This document shows, one piece after another, positions 37,501 through 49,164 of a DNA stretch of 63,021 nt. Each line of letters begins with the position of its first letter. Within the stretch, counting starts at the first letter, position 1. The position numbers and the translations under genes are program-made. The notes beneath the pieces were generated by a model, which was not told the origin of the DNA, made no database searches, and worked only from the letters and a program-made list of their open reading frames with translations. Source of the stretch: Rhynchobatus australiae. Its lineage: Eukaryota. The DNA lies in assembly GCA_034780895.1 (NCBI GenBank), contig JAUZTB010000072.1, forward strand, positions 19,713,240 to 19,776,260, read 5' to 3'.

Positions 37501-40500
37501 CTGCATTTCAGGAAGAAAATAGAAAGGCAAATTATCCAGCACACAGTTAATGTCCTGTGGCTTTATCTATACCCAATATGACAACAGACACAAAAGAAGC
37601 AATAAAACCAAACCAACCAGTTCCTCTAAAACACTTTACTATGGCTATCCACAGCGCACTGGGAGGAAAGAAAACCACATTTGCTGGAGTCTTAGAGCTG
37701 AACCCTTACATACGCGGAGGGAGGTAATAATCTATTACAACTTTCCATCTCAAAACTGTACTGTCATTCTGTCACTCTGCTTGNNNNNNNNNNNNNNNNN
37801 NNNNNNNNAGATACATTTCTGGTTGTATTGTTCTAAGAAATCTTGTTTTGAAATATGTATATTGTGGACTGACTAAGTCCAACAGTGAGCCTCAATTGTG
37901 CAGGCCAGCGGTTTTCAAACATCACTCTGGAGTTCCTCACTATTTCATTCCCAGGGACACCACCACAAAATATGGTCACCTTCCTGGAGATCTATATCAA
38001 AATAATGATTTATCCTTCAGGTACTCCTGTAATTATTAACAAGCTGGGGGATCCTCTGTAAGCACTGAAACATTCCTTAAATACTGATATTGGCACGTGA
38101 GGAATAGCTATTCACACATTCCTAAACCTCCTCACTAAAACTTACCCATGTAGGATTTATCCAAAAGTAGAAAGATGTTTTCAGTCATCCAACAGAACAG
38201 TGTTAATGTTCCAAAAATTATTTAATAATTTAATTAATCACAAATACAATTAGTAAATACAGAAACTGAGAGAGATCCTCTTACTACAGAGGCATGCTGT
38301 CATCACTTTGTAGATCCCTTTATGTGGGAGCTCCAGTTTGAAAACCTATGGTCTACAGAGCAGTATGCCATCTAAGTCATGCGCTTGTTAAGATAATGTT
38401 TCATATTTAAGCCTATGGAATTGCTCTGAGATAGAGAAACAGAGCCTGGTTACATGTGACATAAACTGGCAAAGGTATGTACTACAGGGAAGCTGCATGC
38501 TATTTATATTGAAGACTATCCTCCTTATAGAGGAGTGCATTCTTTTATGTGAATATTGAAGTGATGAGCAAAACAAATATCGATATATTGAACACATACA
38601 CAATCCAGCCAACTTTCAGATTTAAATTTATAAGAACTTGGCAATAAGAAAGGGCAATTCTGCTGCATTCAGCTTTCTCATTGCCTTGGTGCAGTACCTG
38701 CACTCCTCCCCAACTAATCCTATGTTATCGTAATCTAAGAACAAACACAATCAGTGCTACATGTGCACAGTAACCGGTAGCAATATGTTCCAATTCCCTC
38801 CGTTCCTGAAAGTGTTGCTCATGCTAAGGTACAGTTCCTTCATGACTTACACCATTTGAAACGTTATCCGAGTTACCAACTTCTGTGGTATTGGCATTTC
38901 CAACTGTTCTCAGCTTGAACATCAACACTCTTAGGGCTGTATCTAAGAAGCTTCATCATTGGTTCCTCATTTAAAAACAATTAAATTGCAAGCATTTATC
39001 CATGCTGCCTGCTGGTTGGGCAAGTAAACGCATTCTGCCTCTTGTATTGCTGCCCTCATAAAATCCAGCTTTGATCTTTTATTTGAGTAAGCTGCTTCCT
39101 TCCAATGCCTTACCGCCACAACCTATGGTCCCTGCACCCCAGTGACAAATGGTGAAGACTGGGCATGTCCAAACATTGGGCAAGAACAGGATTGGGATCC
39201 ATTGCAATGTCCCTGCTATAGAAGAGTCTCTTTATAGTCCTGTAATAGGAATACCCATATAGCACAGGGAACATCCATGTCTCTAGCGAAGCAGGAAAGA
39301 ACAGGAATAAGAATAAATAAGTTGGCTGAGATTATTCATTTTTATTTTATTTGGTTCTGGGAGAATTTCTACCTATTTGTGTGTGTGTGTGTGGGGAGGG
39401 GGCAGCGTGAGGGAGCTATTTTGTGAATTGATGTCTAATATCTTTCTGAATGAAATATTATCTATTTTTAAACTTAATGCATTCAAGCAAACAGTGAATA
39501 TCAGTAAGTTCTGACAGTGAGAGCTGTTAATGGAACAAATCACCATCAACATGGAATCTTTTGTTTGCCTGCTTTTAATTCACAATGGTACACTTCACTG
39601 TAATGAATGTTTGAAAACGTCATCTCTCTCCTAATTGCTAATACTCAGCCTTCACCATCCCAATTCTTACAAAAGCAACTAAAAAGGAAATTTGAAGCCT
39701 TGTTGTTGTATCTGCATCATTTTTAGCCTTTTCATCAGCACAACTAAAATTAGATTGAATTGTTATCTGCAATTAGCAGTGACGTCTTGCCTGACCAGTT
39801 CTTGAGTTGATGAATTGGGTGAAGAGCCAAACCCAACAAACCAGCAGAACCACCACACTTGGTAGGAACAGACAAGAGTAGTTGAATCAGGAAATAATGA
39901 TTATACAGAGATATAAAAGCTTATCGATAAGGGGAACAGAGAGGGAAGAGTGAGGAATGGGAAAGGTTCAGCAGCATCAAATGTTAGAGATGGGTTGATT
40001 TCAAGGCCTGGAATTTAAATAATGACGAATCACAGATTAAGCAACGATTTGTAATGAATTTCATTTGATTTTAAAGTAAAATTTGAAAAGAAAATGCTTT
40101 AAATTTGCTGTGTGTCCATCCCCCTCTAGCTCTGTAAATCTGGCATAATGCCAAGAGAAGTGGCATCAAGAGACTGAAAAGGCCACTTATGCCACTTCTC
40201 CAGGATCTCTATTGAAATTTTGCACAGAGGATCTCCTACAAGCTCTTCTCCATAGAAATTAATAGATAAAATCAAACTATTTGTGGAGAATCTTTTGATA
40301 TCCTTAGAAGTTCTGTTTGATTCTGGCAGTGAAGAGTAGAGGATTTATCATACAATTAACAGAAAATTCCTTTCAATCTCACCCAATTAGAAGAAAGCTT
40401 GTTCACAGTGTATTTGGAAACATGCTGAATCTTTCCGCTTGTATGGGGTATTTTACCTCCCGCCCTTGGATCTTATGTGCCAGCCTGTAGTCATGGCACA

Positions 40501-43174
40501 GTGAAGAGCAATCTTACTTCTGAATCATGTGGTTCAAGTCCTGCTGATGAAACTTAGCACATAATTGGGATCGTAATTAGGATTGACATTCCCAGTGTAA
40601 TTCAGTAGGAGTGTTACAAAGCCATAGGTGATGTGCTTTAGAGGAGAGGTTGAAATGAGATTTTCAACTTTCTAAGGAAGATGTAGAGGATTCTATGACT
40701 GTTCTTTAGAAATTAAATAAGCCAAACCAGGATGGAGGTAGGGTGCAGATAATCTTTGATCACATTGAATGAGAGAAACAGCTCAAGGGGCTACTTCTTT
40801 CTGGTCGGCATGGACAAGTTGGGCTGAAGGGCCTGTTTACAATGAGGTGCAGCTCCATGACTCTATTGATAGTCATTATGACAAACAGAGAAACTAGTGC
40901 TATGTTGGTGCTACTATAAATCAAACCAGCCAGTTATGAATTGGTTCTGACCCACCCTCTCCAAGTGCGCAGTTTGCTAGCCTCTTGCTGTCCACAAATG
41001 GAGAACAGGAACACAAACCCAAAGATTTTAGGGGTTAAAGCCTCATTCACTGGGAGTATGGGCAATACAACAAATACAAAAATCTATTTTCTGGCACATT
41101 GAATTTTCTAGTGATCATTTTTATCCTGGTTTTTGCACTTTGATGTACAGAATAAATATATACCATAATCCTTCTGGCTTCTGATTAAAGCCAATGTGAA
41201 GACNNNNNNNNNNNNNNNNNNNNNNNNNNNNNNNNNNNNNNNNNNNNNNNNNNNNNNNNNNNNNNNNNNNNNNNNNNNNNNNNNNNNNNNNNNNNNNNNN
41301 NNNCAATGTGAAGACCAGTCAACCAGGATTTATATAGTGGTTTCCACATAATGGAGTGCTATTAAAGTATTTAACAAGTGCATTATCAAACAAATTTTGA
41401 GATCACACCAGAGAAAGAAACACGAGGGCAGATGACCAAACATTTTATTACAGAAATACATATTAAGGAGTATCTTAAAGCAAAAGGGGGGCAAAGAGTC
41501 AGAGAGGTTTGAGGTAAAAATAGAGCCACCATTGTTGGGATGAGGGTATTGGGGCAGGCAGGAGTGGAGAGGTTTTCACACGATGCAGGCGAGAGGGAAC
41601 ATTGGAGTAGAACTCCTGGGAGGCAGTGGTAAAAAAGCCTGGTCCCTCTTTTCACTAGGGACTGCCAAGGCCCAAGGTATCACCCTGAAGAGTTCTTGGG
41701 GTTAGAGGGCTGGTGGGGTCAGGAGGAAATCTATTAACACTCTATCTCTGGTAACAAAGCCATTCCATCAACTCTTTACACATGAATGCTGAAGTATTGG
41801 ATTCAGCTGGGCTGGGCTGGGATGCTCTTTGCAGTAGAATAACCTTCTCACTCATACCGTTTTCAAGAAGAATGGACATGTCAGAAGGCTACCAAGGAAT
41901 TACTGGAGTTTGTTGGTATATGCCTGGGTCCTCCAAGCCATTCCAGTCATCAAACTTAACAAGAAATACACATCTCAGCCCTACATGCAAGGTTGATCTT
42001 TTATAATCTCAACTAATTTTGCGTCATTAAATTTGTCTGAGTTCAGGATCTGAATTAATCACAGATGTTTAGGCTGGGAAGCTAATCAAGTATGTCTGCT
42101 GCAAAGTGTTTGTTGATTAGTTCAGTGAAAAACTGTCAGAGAAATACAAGCCAAAATAATTATTTTCAGAGTTTTCTGGCAAATTTTCTGTTCAAGTTGA
42201 TGGAGTACTCTGTTGTTCTTCATAGGCCAATGCTGAAATCATGACTTACCCCACGCCACCTGTTGCAATGCCTTTTTTTTAACAATGCTTGTATTCACTA
42301 AAATGAGGAATATTGGTGTTGAGACTGAGATACTTCAGACATCTAGCATTCACAACTCATCTATTGCAGTTAACTGCAGATTAAAGATATCTCTACTTTC
42401 AGCTGGCACTTAGCCACAAAATTTGGTGCTTGGATCTCAAAAGTGTTGAATTGCTTCTGTAATGGAGGTGCACATTTGTCAAGCAGGTCAAACTGGTTAT
42501 CATTTTGTTAAGGGCATTACTGCCTGTGAAGCTATTGCCCTTCGGAAGTATCAGAGTAGGCAAGTCAGCATGCACAGGTGATTTGACACCAGTGCTGCAA
42601 AACTGGAGTTCCATGCACCAGCTAACACCCTATCTTAACCTCACACAGCAGAACAGACAGCTGAAAAAGATTATCAGCTAGTTGGAGATAAATTTCTGAT
42701 TGATTTTACAGTTCCACAAGATTTTAGTGCTCTCTGTAGTGCTTTAAAATTGTTGAAGTCTAGAAGGAGTTTTGTGCCAGATGCTGAATAACCTAAGGGA
42801 GCATAAGGCTGAATTATGTTGACTTTGAACAAATCATTTATTCGCAACATTGGTGCTGGTAGACATTCCCTGTGGAATACAGCATGACTGGGAGGGCTCA
42901 CAGAGCTACCAGAAGAGGGAAGAAAAGGAGGGGAGAAGGGCTCTCAATCCAGGATACTGTTCTGCTTGCTGAATGTCATGGAGGGACAGTGTGGGAAGCT
43001 GGTGCTTCATTAAGGATGGCCTCACTGAAAAATGCCACTATTCTACCACAATGTGTGTTGAAGATCCCATTGCCAGTGCTTGTCAAAGTCATTGTGACTG
43101 TGAACTTTTAGGGGTGTGGCACCTTTCAGGCTGAAGCAAGAAATATTTGCAACATCTCTCAGAATGTGCCCATT

Positions 43175-43585
43175 GTATTGGTATTGGTTTATCATTGTCA
43201 TTTGTACCGAGGTACAGTGAAAAACTTGTCTTGCATACCAGTCATACAGGTCAATTCATTACACAGTGCAGTTACATTGAGTTAGCAGAGTGCATTGAGG
43301 TAGTACAGGTAAAAACAATAACAGTACAGAGTGAAGTGTCACAGCTGCAGTGAAAGTGCAGTGCAATAAGGTGCAAGGTCACAACAAGGTAGATCGTGAG
43401 GTCAGAGTATAAGGGAAGCGTTCAATAGTGTTATCACAGTGGGTCGAAGCTGTCCTTAAGCCTGGTGGTACGTGCTCTCAGGCTCCTGTATCTTCTACCT
43501 TGATGGCAGAGGAGAGAAGAGAGAATGACCCGGGTGGATGGGGTCTTTGATTATGTTGGCTGCTTCGCCAAGGCAGCAAGAGGCC
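43175..43585 (-). mobile_element. Rex1/Babar-type LINE 3' end
   Basis: It is collinear with 14160-14560 (tgtaccgaggtacagtgaaaaacttgt...aagctgtcctt...ggagagaagagagaatg). Confidence 0.8.
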
Positions 43586-44532
43586 TAAGGGAGCATAAGG
43601 GAGAGGGTGCATAAGGGAGAGGTCATTAATACACTCTAATCCAAAAGAGGAGTGCATTTCACTCTCTCTTGGCAGAGACTAGCAGGCAAAGCAAGCTTGC
43701 AGCTTTGGGAGAATTTGCATGCTTCCCCACGGCACAGAGTGTCACTGGCTCTGTGCATGCTGTTTTGAAGGTGCCATGTGCAGGAACCCAAAGGGATTCC
43801 ACTTCCTTATTTGGTGGCTGGTTTGTGACCAAACAGTGCATCATGCAGGTCGACCCCTGATCTCCTGACAACAGTCAAACTGTATTCATTCTGATGCTCT
43901 TCAGTAATAATACTGATGTTTCTGAGCATCCACCAGAGGGGAACTGTTTTATCTGCTAGGCTTCAATGTACAACCCATTCACAGGTGGACATTGCACATA
44001 GAATGAATGCCATGTCATAAGAAATGTGGTGAGGCAGCTCGTGGTGTTTTCAAATGGTACTTTGTTGCCTGGCGCATTCTGGAGGAGCCATGCAGAATTG
44101 GGTCTCAGGATTCATGGTAATTTGCTGCATGCTCCATAGCCTTATCAGAATAATAGTGAACCTGTACAGTGGGCAGCTGTGCAGCAGGTGGGAAGACACA
44201 CCGGACCAATATATGCAAACCCAGTTTTCCATTCACTGGCAGCCCATGTCATACCTTCCCTCACAGNNNNNNNNNNNNNNNNNNNNNNNNNNNNNNNNNN
44301 NNNNNNNNNNNNNNNNNNNNNNNNNNNNNNNNNNNNNNNNNNNNNNNNNNNNNNNNNNNNNNNNNNACACCAACTACCTGTTTTCCTCCACAGGTTACCG
44401 ACAAAGTGAACTCCACCGGATTACTCTCAACAATCCATATTGCAGTGTCAGTCACAGTTATTGTTTCTCATCCATTGACAGAGAAAACAAGCAGGCTGGT
44501 GTCTCTCTCTCTTCCGTCCCTCTCTCCTTCAG

Positions 44533-44591
44533 ACTGACTCCGACTGGCTGTTCCAACAACAACGTCATGAAGTTCTTTATCTTCTGTTGAC
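44533..44591 (+). CDS. candidate 59-nt cassette exon in the last intron
   Basis: A ~30-nt almost pure pyrimidine tract ends in ttcAG|, and the donor is GAC|GTAAGC. It is open in phase 0 (TDSDWLFQQQRHEVLYLLL). In phase 2 it reads RLTPTGCSNNNVMKFFIFC*. No homology recognised. Confidence 0.4.
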
Positions 44592-44600
44592 GTAAGCATG

Positions 44601-44601
<1 letters not shown>

Positions 44602-44642
<41 letters not shown>

Positions 44643-44644
44643 AC
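44602..44644. repeat. (CA)n microsatellite, ~18 perfect units
   Basis: Directly visible in the sequence. Confidence 0.95.
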
Positions 44645-47280
44645 TATCTTAAAGGGACACTCACTAATAGTCCTAGTCCATAACAGGAGAAATTGCCCTA
44701 GGGCAACTTGTCACACAAAAGTTTGTGTACACGGTACAATTCCCACCATTCAGTGGTGTGACACCCCAACACCATACTATCAGGCACAGCTAGCTCAAGG
44801 AGCAATTACAAACACATTTCTGAAGGAAAACAGAAAATTAGAAACAAACTATAAAGATTGTTTTAAAAAACTGAGCTTAGATTGATGATAATAGAAATAG
44901 TTACCATTTTGCTGGGATATTATGTTCATTCTTGGCCCGCAGGCAGTTATTAGGTTTAGTAACGATGATAATGTCCTTCAAAATAATATATTATATTAGC
45001 AGTTGATTATTGGAGTATTTCTCCTGCCCCTTTGGCTTCATGAAGCAATGGGCTTTCAATCTTCATGCCCCATAAGAGTTCCAGCTTCCAGACAGCATTC
45101 TCTGGGGAATGCATTTCCGGTGTGGAGATGTACGATCTTGGTAACTCTTTGGTTTTAATATTCAGCTTCCAACCCTAGTCCTTAGAGTATGCAGGACCTT
45201 GTTTTTGCAAGTGACATGCTGTCCCCTTCCATCTGCATGCAGAATTCTTCAGACTCTGAGATTATAATGTGATACTTGCACAATCATGAAAAATAAAGAA
45301 TGCAACAAAACAAAAAGGTCAGAGCCATATAAATACTCCAGCCAAAGATTAGTGAATGCAAGAGTTTAATTAAATCACAGTGAGTTTCTCCATAGAAACA
45401 TTTTTGGAATGTTGTATAAATTCACAGCAGTGAGATATAGCAGATTTTTTTCTGTTTTATAAAACAAGTCAGGTTTCATGTTCATTCTTGTTGTATATGA
45501 TCTGTCACGACTTCTTGCATGCCCTTGAAATAGCTGCTTTCCCACCCTTGAGGCGAGCTCAGAAGTGCATAACACTGAAAAATGCATGCACGCACATTCA
45601 GGTGAGAGATGAGAGACCAGGGCAATGGAAGCCTCAGTGATGGTATCGTGCACTCCCTGGTGAGGATGACAGAGATAAAAATTCAAGACAAAGCTCCCTT
45701 TATTTTATCTGACAGTAGCACCTCAACAACCTTTGAATCATGTCCCCTATTACCACACTGAAATAATGTTTCCCACTCTGCTTCTTTGAATAAAAATTCT
45801 GAACTTTTAAGTCAAAATCCGTCAATTGCTTACAGAAGTTAGTCACTTATGTGCATTCCCTTTACTCCTGTCCTCCATATGCATTTTCCTGCCCAAGAAT
45901 TCCAGCGCAGTGCTGCCCTCATCATTTCACGTGAGTTTTCTCACAAATTTCCCACTGCATTTTATTGTGCAGGTCATCTGACCTCAGTAACTGTACAAGC
46001 CCCATCAAAGGGCATATCTGTGATATCTGCAGCTGGAACCTCACTCTCCTTTATTCTTGCCTTTGCTGCAGGCCCAGTGTCTCAGCACAGGTGGGCTCTG
46101 CTTACATGTTCACCTCTAAATTACATGTGCTGTTCTTTACTGAGCTATTGGCTCTGAATGCCAAACAAGTCACAAATGTGTCTTCATCAACACCATATTC
46201 TTACTCTTGCACGGAGGCCTGTCCAGGTTGCGATATTTGGCTGTCAGATTGGACAACATGTCACACCAGTAACTGTCACACCAGTATTATCAGGCAGGAT
46301 TTTGCAGGGAGACAAGTTGATGGAGCTGCACTTGTCCCCTACTGATTAGCTGTTGCCCTGGTTGTGCCTTGTCCTGTGATAGAGAGAAAAGTGTGTCAGC
46401 ATTGTGCTGTCTATTCAGGTAAAGCAGCTATCACATAAATAACCTGCAGTGTGTGAAAGCTGTGAGATGTGGTTATGAGACTTGTTATACAAAGTATGGC
46501 AGATTGTGATGGAGCTTATGAATAATAGGCCCAAGCTTCATTGTAAAAGGTCGCTAGTGGTTGAGTGATGAGGGTGTGGTACACCAAGAAATGTTTGCGG
46601 CTGCTAGTGCTGTTGGTGGCATTTGAAGATGCATTCATGGCTTTGATCATTGATGTGAAGCCATTGAATTTCTAATGGCACTGCATCCAGGTCCTCAGTG
46701 CTTGAATTCTGGCCTTGAGTCCCACAGTTATCTGTTCCTGTTGCCTTCTGTGTGAGGCTGGAGGACCACCCACTCTGAAGACCTTCAGTTTAACATAGGA
46801 GAACTCCACATTGTACTCTCTCCTGTGCCATGCCACTCTTGAATGTTTCCCAGGTCACCTTCGATTCCAGAACACATGTCGGCGCCTACCCCAACCTTAG
46901 AACACCCTCCCTTTAAGAAGTGCAGACTGACTTTAAGTAAAGTTGACTTGCTTCGATTAGTACTAGCCACTCACAAAACTGGGTCCCCTGCCAAAGCAGC
47001 GCACCAGTGAAAAGGATAACTACCCTCTGAGCTGCACACTGACAGTATTACAATTCTCAGGCAACACATGTGGCAGGTGTAGGTTACAAAAGATCACCGT
47101 GCAGGTTTTTTCAGAACCAACCAATTTAGTCCCCTCTCAGAAGAATTCCTTTTACTACATTAATAAGACATTATTTTCAGTGCCAACCACCTCAATCCAG
47201 TGTCTGTGACATTGCCAATTTAAGAGCAGGTTTTTTTATGCCATTGGTACAATTACAATTGGTAATTGCAATTGGTACAA

Positions 47281-47490
47281 TAGGGACTGTTGTGCACTAT
47301 GTCTCACTGAAACGAGGCTCACACCTGCCTCACCTGACTGTGCCATTCAACCTGAGGGCTTCTTAATCTATTGTATGGACTCTACAGCATCCTCAGGCAA
47401 AGTTAAAGGCAGAGGGGTCTGCTTCTTAATCAATAACTTATGGTGCTTGGACACTCCTGGCGAGATCCTGCTCACCCAGCCTGGAATATC
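47281..47490 (+). mobile_element. LINE APE-endonuclease fragment (Rex1/Babar-like), degenerate
   Basis: It translates as CALCLTETRL..PDCAIQPEGFLIYCMDSTASSGKVKGRGVCFLINNLWC, matching the TET.L and GGGV.... APE motifs. Confidence 0.7.
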
Positions 47491-49100
47491 TNNNNNNNNN
47501 NNNNNNNNNNNNNNNNNNNNNNNNNNNNNNNNNNNNNNNNNNNNNNNNNAATGTCCAGCAGCTATTCCTCACTTCAGCTCCTTTGGCTGATCTCAGAATC
47601 AATCCAGTGTATATAGAGGTTAGGTGATCTACACTCAAGACAGAGCTAGGGTGGATCACTTGGCCTCAGCGGTACTACACCTCTCCCTCCAGTGTGAGAA
47701 AGACTCACCAGTGTTGGCCTTCACAGCCAAACGGCCAGTTGAGCTACTCATTGAGGCTAGAGAACCACCCTGTCCCTTGCTTCACCCCTTAAACGTGAAG
47801 AATAATGATACGTGAGGGTTCGGAAGATGGTGGAGTCAACATTTAGGTCCCCAAGTTTTCAGCTCAGGAGGGGAAAGGGACCCATTAAGGAGAATTTGGA
47901 ATGATGACTGGGTTCGAGAAAAACTGTGAAGTATATATTCAGAGGTTGCCAAACATTGTTTTTATTATCTTGCCNNNNNNNNNNACCTTCCATCAGCACC
48001 ACTTCTCACCTCTGCCCCCTGGACATGGAGGGGCTGGGGGGAATCTGAGAGACATGTAGAGCTATCAGTCTCCATGGAGAGTTCATCCCAACGTCATTCC
48101 CTTCAAAGTTTCTAAAATTATGCAGTACACAGAAAGGAGGTGCCACTGTTTTTCTCTCCAGGGATGGCCATTATGGAGGAATTATTTCTAGAATCAGCCT
48201 TTAAGCCATTCAGAGCTGCTTTTGGTACATATCAACCAATCAGAATCAGCTCTGAAAAGCATAGGATCCACTTTGAGGGAGCAGCAGGCTTCATTCTTGC
48301 AAAGNNNNNNNNNNNNNNNNNNNNNNNNNNNNNNNNNNNNNNNNNNNNNNNNNNNNNNNNNNNNNNNNNNNNNNNNNNNNNNNNNNNNNNNNNNNNNNNN
48401 NNNNTCATTCTTGCAAAGTGGGTATTGCTGGTAAGATGGGCATTTATTACCCATGCCTGGATTCCTTGAGATGGTGGTAAAGGGCCTGCCTTGAACCACT
48501 GCAGTAATGTTCTGAAAGACCAGTCATGACTTCAGAAGACAATTAAGCTTCACTTGTGTTGAAATGGGACTGAAGTCACATATGGGTCAGATTTACTTCC
48601 CTAACGATCCCGAGAAGGTTTATTTTTACAACAATTCAATGCAAACTTGATCACTTTTATTTCCAGTCAGTTTTTAATAAAGTCAAACTCGCAGACAATC
48701 ATGATGGGATTTACACTTGTTCTTTATGGATTAGTAGTCCAGTCCTCTAGGTTATTAGAAGAGTAACATTTCTGCTGTCTGCACTACTAAAGATCTCACT
48801 GTGTCAGTCTAGGATTTGAAACCAGGGTCACTGAGGTAAAAGTATAACTGATCGCTTCAGTCTATGGTGTAACAATGTTTACCATGAACCTTTTTTTTAA
48901 AGAGGATTGTTGTCTTGCAAACAATAAGACTTGAGTGGCCTCTTTCTGTGCTGTATCATTCTATGATTGTAGCCTTTTCTAACTATTGTTACCCTTTAAC
49001 CACCAATGTTACTGATTATTCCTTGTTAGCGTGTCCTTGGTTTATAAATTGGTTCTAATATCTGTAACATGATTTTACTTTTTTTTCCCCTCTCCTTCAG

Positions 49101-49164
49101 AGTGAAAGAATTGAGAAAGGCCAAGGAACCTGAAGATTTACAGAAGCACCCCATAGCAATGTAA
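49101..49164 (+). CDS. CAMTA1: CAMTA1 terminal coding exon: RVKELRKAKEPEDLQKHPIAM* (phase 2) or SERIEKGQGT* (phase 0, stop 49131-49133)
   Basis: The acceptor is strong (ttttttcccctctccttcAG|). Both frames match the two CAMTA1 C-termini I recall from mammals. Confidence 0.92.

Noticed and set aside
44394-44450. Acceptor ttttcctccacAG| as a further exon
   Set aside because: It gives RLPTK* in phase 2 and has no convincing donor. It abuts a gap and is weaker than the 44533 candidate.
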